Shown here in pieces: positions 23,127 to 37,294 of a DNA stretch of 64,000 nt. Source of the stretch: Lytechinus pictus (Eukaryota); NCBI RefSeq assembly GCF_037042905.1, contig NC_087246.1:1116001-1180000 (forward strand), given 5' to 3'. The notes under the pieces were generated by a model. It searched no databases and was not told where the DNA came from. It was given only the letters and a program-made list of their open reading frames with translations. Positions within the stretch are counted from its first letter, which is position 1; each line of letters starts with the position of its first letter. A program made the translations under genes and the position numbers.

Positions 23127-26100
23127 ATGGCGCTGTCCTTGCAGAAAAAAATTCTGTCGTCGATTTACGTATGCCGTAAATCAGTAGGTTTTTGTGGACT
23201 GAAAATCAAACACGAATGCAAGACTGGTGTTTCAGTGCCGAACAGTCAATCAGTAAGTATTCAAATGGTTTAGAATTACGTTTCCACATATGATAGTGTG
23301 TCCCAAATTCCAGTGAGAAAAAAAAATGGTAATGTCAGGTCCCACTTATACAAATTTGTGTTGGTCATGTTGGTGCCCAGTCAGTACCGATTAACGCGCC
23401 CGGAATTCGACATGTGCCTCCATTCGACTAGCCAGGAGGCTCCTCATCATCATCTGGTACGGGATGAAGGCGCGAGCCTGTAACTCCCGGTCGCTTCTTG
23501 TAGAATTGATTAAGCATTAGAATTGATCACTGAAAACTACTAGGCCTACTTCATCATTTTTCATGAGCTTGCGTGAGGAGTCATTGAGATTGAACTTTGA
23601 AGCTCAAAGCCAAAGGTACTCATTCCATGAACAAGGGGCCGATTGCACGAAAGGGTCTTTCCAAGGACCATCTTTCGTGTCGCCCATATTTTATGATGCG
23701 CTGTATGCGGGATTTTTCTAAAATATATGATAAACTTTTTAATCGATTTGTATACAATTTTCTGATATATCACATCATTTTATAAACAAAGATTTTGTTT
23801 ACTTAACAGATGAATAAAATATGTTTGCAGGCACTCACACAACATGCGAGGTTAGTTGTAATAACCTCGCACAACGCATGTCATTTCATAATGAATTTTG
23901 ACGTTTTCATTCATCACACGAATGTGAGAGAATGACACATGCCAAAATCTTCACAATATACTAAATTTATTCATCTTAATCTTATTATTGAATGCAATTT
24001 AAAAAATATGCTAAAAAGTATTTATAAAAAGTGATTTTAAATGCTTACCTCCAAATCTCAGCCAAGATAATAGTGAAAGATGATTATAATAACTACAACA
24101 ACTAAAACAGCAGGAAAAGATCCTAATACTGCGGTGGAAATTACGCAAACAACAATCGAAATGCGAATTTTTCCTATCGAACAGTCTAGATTCAAGTCGC
24201 CGGCGCATAATAGGAAATTGTACCAAAAATCAACAGGTTGCATGTCACGTATAATCGCTGATGGCGCTACATCATAAAATAACGCTGAACAGCGAAAAAA
24301 ATGTGGAGCGCCTAGAACGCAACCAGCAATACAGCTGATCTGACGTAAACGACGTAAACAAGCAAGTTTATTAAATATTATCGCGCGCCCTCTCTGTGCG
24401 TATAGAGAGAACCAGTGAATCGGCGCCATGCCTGCTTTGACATCAAGAAAAATCATCGATATAAAGTACCAGAAAGACAGAGAGGAATTGAAATTGGCTC
24501 CATATCGTTTTGTAAGTTTCCTATCGAAAGCTTATCTGATCTTAAATCCATATATATTGCTAATTTAAAAGATATAGCCCGAAAGGCATTGCAAGTGCCG
24601 TGCAAGTGGTTATCCTGTGGACGGCGGCGGTAATGTACCCATGGGTGGTTTGCAGGTAGTTATCTTTGTGCTATGTTATGTTAAGCATTACACACATATC
24701 AGTCCGGCATGGGTATTCAAATTTTTCCCAATACCCGTCTTTATTTCTTTTACTGTATCTTGCCTGGCGTTACGTACATACTTTTTAAAATAATGTTTGT
24801 CAATGTGTTTTATTTGAATTTTAATAATGTGCAATTTTATATATTGAATGTGCAATATTCTCTCAACGGTTTTTCCATGAGGGCTCGCATGCCTCTGGGC
24901 AATAGTACTGAATTTTGCTTTTGCGAGCCCTGGCCCATGGAAAAAACGTTTTTTTTACTCTTTTCTTCTTCTCTCTCATTTCTACCTTATCTATATATAA
25001 TTATTCAATTTCAAATTGTATTTATGTAATTACATTGTACAATTTTTGTATGTTTTTTATGGCCAAATAAATAATAATAATAATAATTTATTTAAAATGT
25101 GTTTCACATGGCGCATCATAATAAATGGGCGACACGAAAGACGGTCCTTGGAAAAACCCTTTCGTGCAATCGGCCCAAGGTTATGATATGATATAACCTT
25201 GTTCTCAGTTACATCTCCATGTGTGGCAAAATAAGGTTGACAATGTTTGGCTTATTTTCTTTTTCTTTTGGACAAATGCTTGATTTTTTTTACACTGTCA
25301 GTTTCCATTACAGCTTTTCATTATATAACTTGGCTCTTAAAGGACAAGTCTACCCCAACAAAAAGTTGATTTGAACAAATAGAGGAAAATCCAAAAAGCA
25401 GAAAATTTCATCAAAATCGGATGTAAGATAGGAAAGTTATGACATTTTAAAGTTTTGCTAAATTTCACAAAACAGTTATATGCACATCCTGGCTGGTATG
25501 CAAATGAGGGGACTGATGACGTCACTCACTCACTATTTCTTTTGTATTCTATTATGTGAAATTTGAAATATCTTCATTTTCTCCTCCTTGGAAGGTGAAA
25601 AAAAAATTCTTCCTCCATGAACATGGGGATCTTACAATTGTTTTAACATTTTATGGTTCAGTAAAACTGGTCCTTATTGTCAAATCTGTAAAAATGGAAA
25701 TATTGTATAATTCAAACAATAAAAAACAAAAGAAATAGTGAGTGGAGGACATCATCGACTCTCTCATTTGCGTGTTGCCGAGTTGTGCATATTACTGTTT
25801 TGTGAAAAATATGCGAAAATTTAAAATGTCATAACTTTCTTATTTTACATCTGATCTTGATGAAATTTTCAACGTTATTCTCGTTTGATTTTTCTCTATT
25901 GATTCAAATCAACATTTTTCTTGGGTGGACTTGACCTTTAAGTAAATTTGATTCTTTAAATTATTTTTTTTTTATTAAAAATAGAGCTTGAAAAATGAAA
26001 ATTTTCTTACCATATTACTTTCCACCAATAGAGGGCGTACACAAAAATATGCCCAAAATTCAAGTTTTTGGGTGCTCTGGTCAATACAAAAATTATTCTA

Positions 26101-29100
26101 AGTTACTAATGAAAATTGAATTGCAACTGTATGGAAATTCATAATTTTGGTCACAAAAGTGATATTTTAATGATTTTTAAAGTGTGTGCTCTATACAGCA
26201 TTGGCATACCATAGTCCTACCTGTAGATTCACCACAGGCAAGATGGTAGCAGTGAGCCAGTGCTCAAAGTGCTTATTTTGCCAAAATATATCAATATTTC
26301 TTTTAAATTTGTCTGTTGGATTTGTATTAGGTCTTTAGGAAGACTATTCCAGCCATTGATTACTCTTCTACTGAAAGACTTATTTCTCACATCCAGTTTG
26401 CTATGGGATTTCAATAATTTCATTGAGTGACCTCTTGTAGAGTTACTACCAGACTTGGAGAAGAAGTGGTCTGGAGAAATGAGTACCGTAGTAAAAATCA
26501 TTTACTAACGTATGCTTACTCTCCATGGAGCCAGGAATTGCATCCCATTCATGTGTGTGTACCTCTCATTCAATGAACAAGGTTATGATATAACCTTGTT
26601 CTCAGTTATATCTCCATGTGTGGCAAAATAAGGATGGCAATGTTTGGCTTATTTTCTCTTTTTCTTTGGGACAAATGCTTGATTTTTTTACACTGACAGT
26701 TTCCATTACACCTTTTCATCATACAACTTGGCCCTTAAGTAAATTTGATTTCTTAATTAAAAATAGAGATAAAAAAATGAAAATTTTCTTGCCATATTAT
26801 TTTCCACCAATATAGGGCGTACACCAAAATATGCCCAAAATTCAAGTTTTTGAGCGCTCTAGTAAATACAAAATTATTCCCAAGTTACTTATGAAAAATA
26901 AATTGCAACTGTATGGAAATTAGTAATTTTGGTCACAAAAATGATATTTTAATGATTTTTTAAAGTGTGTGCTCTGTACAGCATTGTCATGCCATAGTCC
27001 TACCTGTAGATTCCCCACAGGCAGGGTGGTTGCAGTGAACAAGTGGTGTGTACCACAAAAAAAACAGAAACTTTCGCCCCCGAGAATCGAGATTTCTACT
27101 TTCCTTCTAACTTAACAAAAGTAAAAGATCTAGATCTAAGCCCTAAAATCATGTAAAAATGGGATACAACTTCATTTCCTACATTTCTACGATATTGTCT
27201 GATTTCATTTTTTAACGAAAATTCATTAAAGAACGAAAAATACTATGAAAAGTTGGGGAAACTTGCGCGTTGTCAGTTTACGTCGCCATCTTGTTTCTTT
27301 TTGTTCTTCGCCAACGTTAATACAGACGCATATCCTCGATATTCATCTAAAAAGAGTGCAATCGAAATTCTAGTTGACAAAATGGATGGGTGTGTTTAAA
27401 TAGACAATAATCTTTACATTTCTTTTTTTTTAAAGAGGGATGTCAAACATGCCATATTCAATGTAAGAATGGTGAATGAACATTCTATTGAGTTGTGTTA
27501 GAGTGGATGTATCATCAGCCACATGCACATTCCCCTCTATTGGAAAAAGCCCTATTTTAGCTTTGAACATTGCTCAGTCACACATGCCAGTCCCAGAAAT
27601 CCACTTAGTGGAAAATGTATGGCGTGGGGCCCTTAGTCCTTGTATAGTGTGATTCCAATTGTTATAAAATATACACAACCACCACAGAGTAAGTACTCAT
27701 TGACCAAGCAATGTATTATCTTATTTAATGCAGATCTGTAGCAGTAGTATACGGTATGATGAATCAAGTTTGAAGAGTAACTCTGAGATATCCTGGGTGA
27801 GAAGGATCCTTCAAGGTAGTGGACCCAGTGCTGATGTAGATGAGACTACACTAGATGATGAGGTGGTAGCGGTAGAACCAAGATATATGGAGATACTACA
27901 AGAAAAACAGACTAACTTCATCTCTAGGTATGTGTGTTGTGTATTTTCAATGTGCAGAAGAAATTGTTTGTATTGACCAGTGAAGCATTGAGAATGGAAC
28001 TGTTGCTGCGCTAGCGCCATGAGCGTCTCTGGATGGTGTGTGCGCTCAATAAGATATCACTATTGTAATTTTATTATTCATAAAAAAAACTCATATTATA
28101 AAGAGTATACATGTACATTTAAAACAATAAATTGTCCCCCTGAAATAATAAAATAATGAAGATGGGGGAAAAAACACATATTCAATATTTATTATTCATT
28201 CAAAAAGAAAGTTTGCTCCTTAATAATTCTATTCATATAAATATAATAAAAAGAAAATAACAAAATTCTGATTTAAGTGGATAAGCATTGTGAACGAACC
28301 TGGGGAGCGTTTCATGAAAGGACTTGTGTGACGTTTACCATAGTAACAGTACCTCTCAGTCAATCATATCCAAGGAAAGTTGTTAGACAAAAAATATTGA
28401 TGAAACGTTCCATTGGTCTGGAAAACAGTCAGTTTACATCACGGCATTCATTCCTCAACTATTGGTTACAAAAAGTTCGGTCAGTCTGTAAGTAGGGTTC
28501 TAAAGGCACAGAACCTAATTTAAATTTGAATAAACTTTAGGGTTGGAAAGTGGTCTAGAAAAAGTGCAGACTATCTGTGTCAATATTTTGGACTTAGATT
28601 TTTTAGAAGCTACACTTTGTAGCCCCAACTCTCTAACATTCACACCACTATTGACAAACTGGAGTGGGGTCTTTGCTGCTAACTACTGCAAGTGGACTGA
28701 GGTGGGTTTAAGGTAGGTTTGCATATATCTATGGGTAGGTCAGGTCAATAGTTGGCCACCCGAGTCCACTTTGAGACTATCTCTGGTGGTGGTTTTGGGT
28801 AGGTTCACTAAAAGGTCCCGAGGTTGGTTTGATGTGTTTACATCTAATTTCTTTTTGCTTGAGGTAGGCCCTAGGCCAGGTACATGTAAGTGATCTTCTA
28901 GATGTAACAGGGGTCTCAAATTCATTTTCCCCTCACATATCTCCCTTTTATTTGAAGTTTTTGGAAGCATAGTTGAAGTTTGATATCTCCATCTTTTCTC
29001 TGTCTTTCATCCTTCCAGACCAGAGACGAGGAGAAAAAATTATTCTCCACCTCTTGATGTTGAAGATAGTCTTGAAGAAATGACCCTTCAGCTTACGACT

Positions 29101-31289
29101 GAGACTGATCCAGTCAACTGGAAGGAGGTCACCCTTGATGATAATCTCCTCAAATTTCAGGTAAGGAAATATTTGATCCAATGGGTTATTATGCCTCCGC
29201 TCTCAGAAGGTGTATGATGGAGACATAATGTTTTGGGGTTGTCCGTCCTGTTTGTGTTCTATTACTAACTAAGGAACTATTTGATGACTCCTCCTCAAGC
29301 TTGGATCATGAATTACAGTAATCTAATTAGATTTTTGGATTACAATGTCAAAGGTCAATGTCACATAGCTCATGAAAATGTCTTTTTGTGATTAATACAA
29401 CAATTGGATCAATTCAAACTTTGCACAAGTAAGCATATGGGGGCAGAAGTGATTTGAGAGTCATGAATTAAGATGTCATTGTTGACATGAACATGGCTTG
29501 TTTTTGCAATGAATAAAGAACCATTTGACAAATTAACTTCAGACTTGGCTCATAATGGGAGTGACAATAATCTGATCTGATTTAGGGGTCATGACGCAAA
29601 AGGTCATAAAGGTCATGGTTCATGTTCTCAATAACATAGATCAAATTGATAAATCAAAAATTGAACGTAGGGAGTGGCAGTCTGATCAAATTATGAATTC
29701 TTAAAAAATTTTAGAAGTTAAGAGCACTACATTAAATTAAATCAGGCAATGGGGGAGTATGACTTTTGACTGTTGAGAGTTGAGAATCCATCTGGTCTTC
29801 CTCTGCTCTCAGTTATTAGCCCATTCTCATCTATGAAATAGGTTTTCATGCAACTTAGTGGTATGGAAATACAGTGCGTTCCACAAAAAACGAAACCAAG
29901 ATTTAGCGTTGATTTATCATAACTTAATCACGAATACAATAGACAAATGACCTACCATTGTACAGCATAGAATCTCTTCTTTCAGCTGGTATAAAATACA
30001 AGATTTCTCATCCATGCATGAGTGAATAAAAACAATTAGAAAAAAGGATATCAAAAAGTTATTCGGCGGGGGTATCAACATTTCAAAAAGAAAATCACAT
30101 GCCTAAAAAGTTATCTGCCATTTACTTTGATAGCTAAATCACAGAAAATGATAAAGAAATAACAAAGTCATGTTTCTTCAAAACTTTGCTTGTATTTCCA
30201 TAATTTCATGAAACAAACATGTTTTCACCGGTTTCCCTCCCAAGCTATCGCACGATTAACAAAAGTCTTTATGCATGGCTGATTGTCAACAAACAGGGTG
30301 TTGAGTAAGTCTGAAAGCTATCCTGTAAAACCTCTTCATTTTATTTCATATAAAAACAGAACTTTATTTCTTGACCATTTTCTGTATTACTGTATTGAGG
30401 TATCAAATTAAAGAGCAAATATTGAACTTTTTAAAAATGTGATTTTCTTTTTTAAACTTAGATACCGCCTGCCAAGTGACTTTTAGGTTTCCTTTCTTCA
30501 AATTGCTTTTGCCCATTCATGCATGAATGAGGAAAAATCTAAGTTATTTCAAATGAAAGAGGAGACTCTAAACTTTACAATGATAGGTAATTTGTCTATT
30601 GTATTAGCGATTAAGGCATGATAAATCATCGATAAATCTTGGTTTTGTTTTTTGTGGGGCGCACTGTATAATTTATTGATGTTTTTTTAATATTTAACAT
30701 TCTTGTATGTATAGCGTAATATAACTAAAAGCTTTCATGGTACTCCTCAATGAAATAATAAGATAAACAGAAATATAATATACCAGTACATAGGACTCAT
30801 TTGTGCCCCCCCCCCCTCCAAAAACAGGGGGGAAAACACACACAAATGCTCCTTCTTGTATGTGTAGAATTACCAATCTTATTTAAGACATCACTAGACC
30901 CAGGTGAGGTAAAAGGGTACATGAGATGATAATAATCATAATAATGATAAATAATTATTTGTTAAAACTATCTTTGGTCTAATTATCTTGTTTATATTAC
31001 TCACATATTGCAGCTTCTTTCCAAATGTGGCCAGACGTTCCAACATTCAATCCCTAACTACCAATTAAAGAAGATGAAGACTGTTGAGGATGTTCTCACC
31101 TTCTACCAGACTTCGTTAAAGGATACTTCTGTCTTTGATGAACTGAGTACCAAAGAACTCCCAGCAAATCTACGAATACAATGGGACTACAATGATTCCA
31201 AACTGGAGGTTTATGAAGAATATTTAGAATATGTAAAGAAGAAGAAACCAAGAAAGCCTTCTGATTGGCCTTACAGACCATCACATTGA
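23127..31289 (+). CDS. MRPL50: Mitochondrial ribosomal protein L50, 4 exons
   Basis: Exons 23127-23252 (basic, presequence-like MALSLQKKILSS...), 27734-27927, 29019-29160 (YSPPLDVEDSL...NWKEVTLDDNLLKFQ) and 31014-31289 (HSIPNYQLKKMKTVEDVLTFY...FDELSTKELPANLRIQW). Phases are consistent and motifs match mL50. Confidence 0.9.
23636..25176. mobile_element. 1.54-kb non-autonomous PIF/Harbinger-like DNA transposon
   Basis: ~65-bp TIRs starting GGGCCGATTGCACGAAAGGG. The 3-bp TSD AAG is confirmed by an empty paralogous site at ~26573 (ATGAACAAGGTTATGATA). Confidence 0.85.
25341..25937. mobile_element. Kolobok-like MITE with TTAA TSD
   Basis: ttaa|AGGACAAGTCTACCC ... GGGTGGACTTGACCT|ttaa. An empty site with a single TTAA is visible in the paralogous repeat at ~26735. 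Confidence 0.8.
26290..26485 (-). mobile_element. CR1-type LINE 3' fragment
   Basis: TRGHSMKL...DVRNKSFSRRVINGWNSLP, a typical CR1 ORF2 C-terminus. Confidence 0.75.
26490..27330. mobile_element. Copy of the 60115-60598 MITE family with a nested insertion at ~26564-27045
   Basis: Shares GTAAAAATCATTTACTAACGTATGC, GAAACTTTCGCCCCCGAGA and CGCCATCTTGTTTC. The nested insert is flanked by a GTGTGTACC direct repeat. Confidence 0.6.
29872..30666. mobile_element. Tc1/mariner-type MITE
   Basis: ta|CAGTGCGTTCCACAAAAAACGAAACC ... GGTTTTGTTTTTTGTGGGGCGCACTG|ta, with long imperfect inverted arms. Confidence 0.75.
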
Positions 31290-31836
31290 TTGATCGATTC
31301 GCTGGGACTCCATTTTTTGACAAAGAGAAGTGTGTGGACTTGGTAAATGATACAAGATTCTTGGATGATATTTGATGTATAGAACTTCTATTATACAGTC
31401 ACTCCAAAATATAAGTTCAAAGGAAACAGAAATCAAAGCCTAGTACATGCATGGATGTGTATCTGGTTTACTTTCCAGTAGATGATTGATGCTGGATGCA
31501 TGTCATTGAATATACCCAAAGATGTTATGGTATACTGTCAGAAAAACTCAACTCTTAAATCCTAGTGTGAAATAAATGACAATTTATCATTAAAAAGAAA
31601 TGAATGCCTTTGTAAACTTGAATATATTCAAAACCTGTATTATAAAGTGGTATTATTTTAGATACAAACATCCAGTAAGCAGAATACTTAATCATATTGT
31701 AAAGTATTAAGGTATTTTGTGTAATGATTTTAATTTTATGTCTATGTCTCCACCCACTGTAGGTGGTTGTTGGAGGCATTGTTTGTTTCATGCTGTCCAT
31801 CTATCAGGTTTTCCTTCAAACTAAAGAACTGTATTT

Positions 31837-32277
31837 GATGATGATGATGATGCACAGCATTTGTATAGCGCCATATATCTGTCAAAGACATTCAAAGGTG
31901 CATTTTCAGAGGAGCCAGCCAATCTGGGTCGCCAAGAAGGGCACGCAAACAGAACTGTGACCCGCAGGTCTCTCCCGATATAACTGATTGGGGGAATGCA
32001 GGTGGACTACTACACTGGGGTTTCCCCCTACTCTTATTTGAATAGTGCAGTGGGTTCTTAATGTGCAAAGGTGGGGACTCTCCTCTTCACGGGGCCTCCA
32101 TTAAACATCCTATCCAAGGGAAGAAGTGTTTTCCACTATAACAGAGCCTGCATCTATGAAACAGGGGAGAGACGTTTATATACAACGCACTGGCTTCAGT
32201 CATCCGCCAGGGTTGGACTCGAACCCACAATCTTTTGTTCGACAGGCAGACACTTTACCGACTGAGCCAACTTCACT
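31837..32277 (-). mobile_element. tRNA-derived SINE
   Basis: Head TTGGCTCAGTCGGTAAAG...GGGTTCGAGTCC; tail GGCGCTATACAAATGC plus (CAT)n. Confidence 0.75.
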
Positions 32278-33249
32278 CTCGATCTATTTATAGATCGACT
32301 TCAAATTTGGTTTGTGATGCATAACAGAACCAACATGGTCTGACGAAATTTGGGGTCAAATGTCATAGAGGTCATGATTCAGTGTAATAATATTTAGGTC
32401 CAATATTTAAATCAATTAAATAGAACTTGGCTAATGAATGGGGGTGACAATCTGATCAGATCAGGAATATTTTTGAAACATCAAGGATAATTGTGCAATG
32501 TATTTCAGATCTGACAATAGCAGAGGCATATGCACTAGGTTCTCTTTTCCTTTCATTCTTCACTTTCTTTTTTTTTTTCAAATAAACCACCATTTAATAA
32601 CTTTCAAATTCACTCTCATTTAAAGGGGGAGTGAACTATTTGTGGTCTCTCATTGACTGTATGTTATGAATACATAGTCTTAAAATATTACATTTTCAGA
32701 TGTCTACTAATAATACAGAGAATAAATTGACATATATTTGTATTTGTATTCAGAAACTAAAATGTTTTGAGAGGAAAAGTAATTGTTTTGCTACTTAGTA
32801 ACATAATTATTGCGGAATAAATGTATTGAGTAGTTAATTGGCATGTTATCATTCAAGTGGGTCTATATTGCTAGACTACACTAGCATTATGGGTCAGGAA
32901 ATGTGCCCAGGATGAGTAGTTGAGGACTCAAGATGGCGCTATTAGTTCGTTTCTGCTTTAACATAATTCCTCCAATTCATCTGGAGATGATTGAACATTT
33001 CAAATGCCTGAAGTTTTCCCTTGCGCAGATCAATTCGATGTAGTAAATTTGTTTATGACTTTTTGTATCGATATATGAATGGTTCTAGCCATAAAAATAA
33101 ATGCACATGCATCAATTCATAAATGTAGGTGCCTGTTTTGTGACTCTCTGAATGATATAAAAATTAAAATTAAGGGTAGGAGATGAAGGAGCACTTGAAG
33201 AAAAGAGAAAAAAAGGGGGAGTTTTGTAAAGCTTTTGCTACTACAGTGA

Positions 33250-33810
33250 TAATGATAGTGGTGATGGGTGATGATGATAATGGTGCTGGGGAAGGAGTGG
33301 TGAAGATGATATTGGTGGCGACGGCGATGGTGTTGGTGGTGGGGATGATGATATTGGTGGTGATGGTGTTGGTGGGGATCATGATGATGTTATTGGTGGC
33401 GATGGTGTTGGTGGTGGGGATGATGATGATATTGGTAGGGATGATGATGATGTCGATGGTGTTGGGGATGATGATGATATTGGTGGCGATGGTGTTGGTG
33501 GGGATGATGATGTTGGTGGTCGCAATGGTGTTGGTGGGGCTGATGATGATGTCGATGTTGGTATTGGTGGGGATGATGATATTGGTGGCGATGGTGTTGG
33601 TGGGGATGATGATGATGTTATTGGTGGCGATGGTGTTGGTGGGGCTGATGATGATGTCGATGTTGGTATTGGTGGTGATGGTGTTGGTGGTGGGGATGAT
33701 GATGATATTGGTAGGGATGATGATGTCGATGTTGGTATTGGTGGCGATGGTGTTGGTGGGGCTGATGTTATTGGTGGCGATGGTGTTGGTGGATGTTGTG
33801 GGGATGATGC
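33250..33810. repeat. Low-complexity (GAT/GGT/GTT) compound repeat
   Basis: Reiterated GGTGGCGATGGTGTTGGTGGGGATGATGATATT. It produces spurious ORFs on both strands. Confidence 0.9.
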
Positions 33811-34287
33811 TGCGTAACAGGAAAAATGATGAAAAATGATAATGGTGATAAAAAGTGTAGTACAGAAATATCACTCCACTCACCAAGTCAAATTTTCCAA
33901 GAGAAACAATATTTTCAACAATGTACAAAACATCAGACATTCCTATATAATAGAAAGATTTGATCTTTATTTCAACATAATAATAATATTCATCATGGCT
34001 CCTCATACCATGATTTTGCTTTTTGTAGCTTACAACACAGTGGAGAAAATCTGGGGAAGCATAGCTGACGAGCCACTGAAATCAAGGCTTCTGATTGGCT
34101 GAAAGGAACAATGACAATGAAAATTACCAATAAGATGTATCATGAAGGGCTTCAAAAGTGTCCAGAATGCAAATGAAAAAAAAAAAAAATAAACAGAGAA
34201 GTCATTGAATGTCTTTAAATAGTGATTGGCTATATTATAAGCCTTGTAGTTGAAAAACATCTGTATGGTAGATCTTGGTAATATAAT

Positions 34288-35260
34288 AACTAACACATCA
34301 ATGATGTGGAGCTCATCCGGCATCTCGCAACGAAATTTTACACAATTTTAATTTCAGCCCAGTTGACACTGTAGTGAATTATATTGGTGACATAAATTGA
34401 GGATATAGAATTGAAATTGATGAAGAAATGACATAAAAGCATTTTTTGTGATCTATGAATAAATTTCATATAAATTAAGCATAAACCATTTTCTCGTCAA
34501 AATTTCTTAACTCTGTGTAGTACCTTGGTGAACCTCATGTAGCTCTCAGATGGAACAAAAATAATCAAAATCAATCAACAAATAATTAAGTATTTTTTGT
34601 GAGTTTTGAAAATATATGAATGAATTAGCATATTTAATGAGTTTCAAAATTCTGTGTTGAAATTTTGTATCACCACCTCGAGCTATCATATAAAGCAAAC
34701 AAAATTGAAATTGATCAACAATGAAGAAAAAACATTTTTTGTGATTTATGAATAAATTTTGCAAATTAGCATAAATAACTTTCTAGACAAAATTTCTAAA
34801 TTTTGTGTACAAGTTTGGTGAACTTCATGCAGCTCTACCAGATTGAAGAAAAAAAAATCAAAATCGGTCAACAAATAAAGAAGAGGCATTTTCTGTGATT
34901 TATGATTAAATTTCGCATAAATTAGCATATATAATTTTCTACTGAAAATTTCAAAATTCTGTGTAGAAGTTTGGTGAACCTCATGAAGTTCTACCAGATG
35001 GAAGAAAAAAAATCAAAATCGGTAAACAATTAAAAAAGAAGCATTTTATGTGAATTTTTACAAATACGCATAAATTAGCATATTTAATGAGTTTCAAAAT
35101 TCTGTGTAGAAGTTTTGAATCCCCCACCTAGTGCTATCATATAAAGCAAACAGAATTGAAATCGGACTTGAAATGGCGAAGAAGCATTTTGAAATTGTGG
35201 ACAGACGACGGACACCAAGCCACAAGCTCATCTGGCCCTTCGGGCGGGATGAGCTAATAA
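34288..35260 (+). mobile_element. Helentron-like non-autonomous element with an internal array
   Basis: 5' GAGCTCATCCGGC sub-TIR, GACG tract, and 3' AGCTCATC...GATGAGCT hairpin. Related copies lie at ~50353-51939 and ~62979-63082 (reverse). Confidence 0.6.
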
Positions 35261-35296
35261 ATAGAAGTTTTCATATAGTACAGTATCTATATAAAA

Positions 35297-36440
35297 CAAG
35301 ATGAATGCCTCTGGCCGTCTCACCTGCATCACGCGATTCAATATAGCAGCAGTGCTGATTTTGAAAACTACTATAACTCGCACAAGATGTTCAGTGATAC
35401 TTGGTTACTCTTATTTCTACGTTTTATGAACTAGACCCATACACTTATAGAGATATGATGGTAATTCAACAAATACCCCCAACGTGGCCAAAGTTCATTG
35501 ACCTTACATGACCTTTGACCTTGATCATGTGACCTGAAACTCGTACAGGATGTTCAGTGATACTTGATTACTCTTATGTCCAAGTTTCAAGAGAAAGATC
35601 CATCAACTTTCCAAGTTATGATGGTAATTCAACAGATACCCCCATTAAGCCAAAGTTCATTGACCTTTGACCTTGGTCATGTGACCTAAAATGCGCAAAG
35701 GATGTTCAGTGATACTTGATTACTCTTATGTCCAAGTTTTATGAACTAGACCAACACACTTTCAAAGTTATGGCGGTAATTCAACAAATACCCCAATTTG
35801 ACCAAAGTTCATTGACCCTAAATGACCTTTGACCTTGATCATGTGACCTGAAACTTGCACAGGATGTTCAGTAATACTTGATTACTATTATGTCCAAGTT
35901 TCATGAATCAGATCCATAAACTTTTAAAGTTATGATGGTAAATCTACAGATACCCCCAATTCGGCCAAAGTTCATTGACCCTAAATGACCATTGACCTTG
36001 GTCATGTGACGTGAAACTCATGCAGGATGTTCAGTGATACTTGATTAAACTTATGTATAAGTTTCATGAACTAGGTCCATATATTTTCTAAGTTATGATG
36101 ACATTTCAAAAACTTAACCTTAGGTTAAGATTTTGATGTTGATTCCCCCAACATGGTCTAAGTTCATTGACCCTAAATGACCATTGACCTTGGTCATGTG
36201 ACGTGAAACTCATGCAGGATGTTCAGTAATACTTGATTAACCTTATGGCCAAGTTTCATGAACTAGGTCCATATACATATTAAGTTATGCTGTCATTTCA
36301 AAAACTTAACCTCAGGTTAAGATTTGGTGTTGACGCCGCCGCCGCCGCCGCCGTCGCCGCCGCCGCCGCCGCCGTCGCCGCCGCCGCCGTCGGAAAAGCG
36401 GCGCCTATAGTCTCACTCTGCTATGCAGGTGAGACAAAAA
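35297..36440 (+). mobile_element. Helentron-like (HINE) element with a ~125-bp tandem array and (GCC)n
   Basis: 13-bp sub-TIR GTCTCACCTGCAT / ATGCAGGTGAGAC, internal GACCTTTGACC units, and a 3' A-run. Confidence 0.7.
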
Positions 36441-37294
36441 GCAACACAACTTTCATTATTAATGGTGAATAATCGTTAAACTAATGAAATTCATATCACT
36501 TTAAACTTGAATTATTACAGCATATCAATGGAACCTGAATTCTGTTTCAAGGACTGCACCAATGAACACATTTCCTTTTAAAAAAAGTAATGTATTTGCT
36601 TGATTAACATTGCTTAAAAAAACGTTATTTTATGCATTTGAAATGTCTTTAAGAAGTTTGAAGCAAATAGTTTATTAAACACAAACACAAATAAAGTTTT
36701 TCTGTTCTTATTCTATTCATATCTCACTGTGTATTGAATCTAATATTATGTTAAGCATGCATAACAATGGTGGTCATTAATGAGTGTTAGTTAACCTGAA
36801 ATTTTCCACAAAATCAAGGTTGAATTTAACTGCGAATGAGATTTACTTTTAGGATATTATGATTTTTATAGGCAAAGATTTAATCATTTTCTCAAGAAAA
36901 GATATAAAAGAAACATTGGTTTCATTTTGCTAATAAACCCAGTATTGCATATGGTACCCTTGAGAAGGTCTCAACGCATTTAAAGAAATGAAAAAAGAAT
37001 GAACAATGAAAGAATAGAGCAACTGGAAATATTACAGATCAATGTCTAATCACTAGTAATATTATAATTTTCAATAAACCTTTGAATTGCCAAACTGGAT
37101 CAATTTGTCTCAATCCAAGACCCATGTTTACCATAAAGTTTTGTCTTGCATTACATAAGTAAACTATTTACATTAAATAAGTCCTTCTGCACTGACCAAA
37201 GATTTTTCATAGATTCACATAGTAACTCTGAGAGATGAGATGGAGCCAGGTCAAGAAAACATTGAAATGAGATTTAAAAGATCTTAAACTCAGT

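Noticed and set aside
33170-34006. 278-aa and 218-aa ORFs rich in I/T/N or M/V/G
   Set aside because: They are translations of a simple trinucleotide-based repeat, with no splice or domain support.
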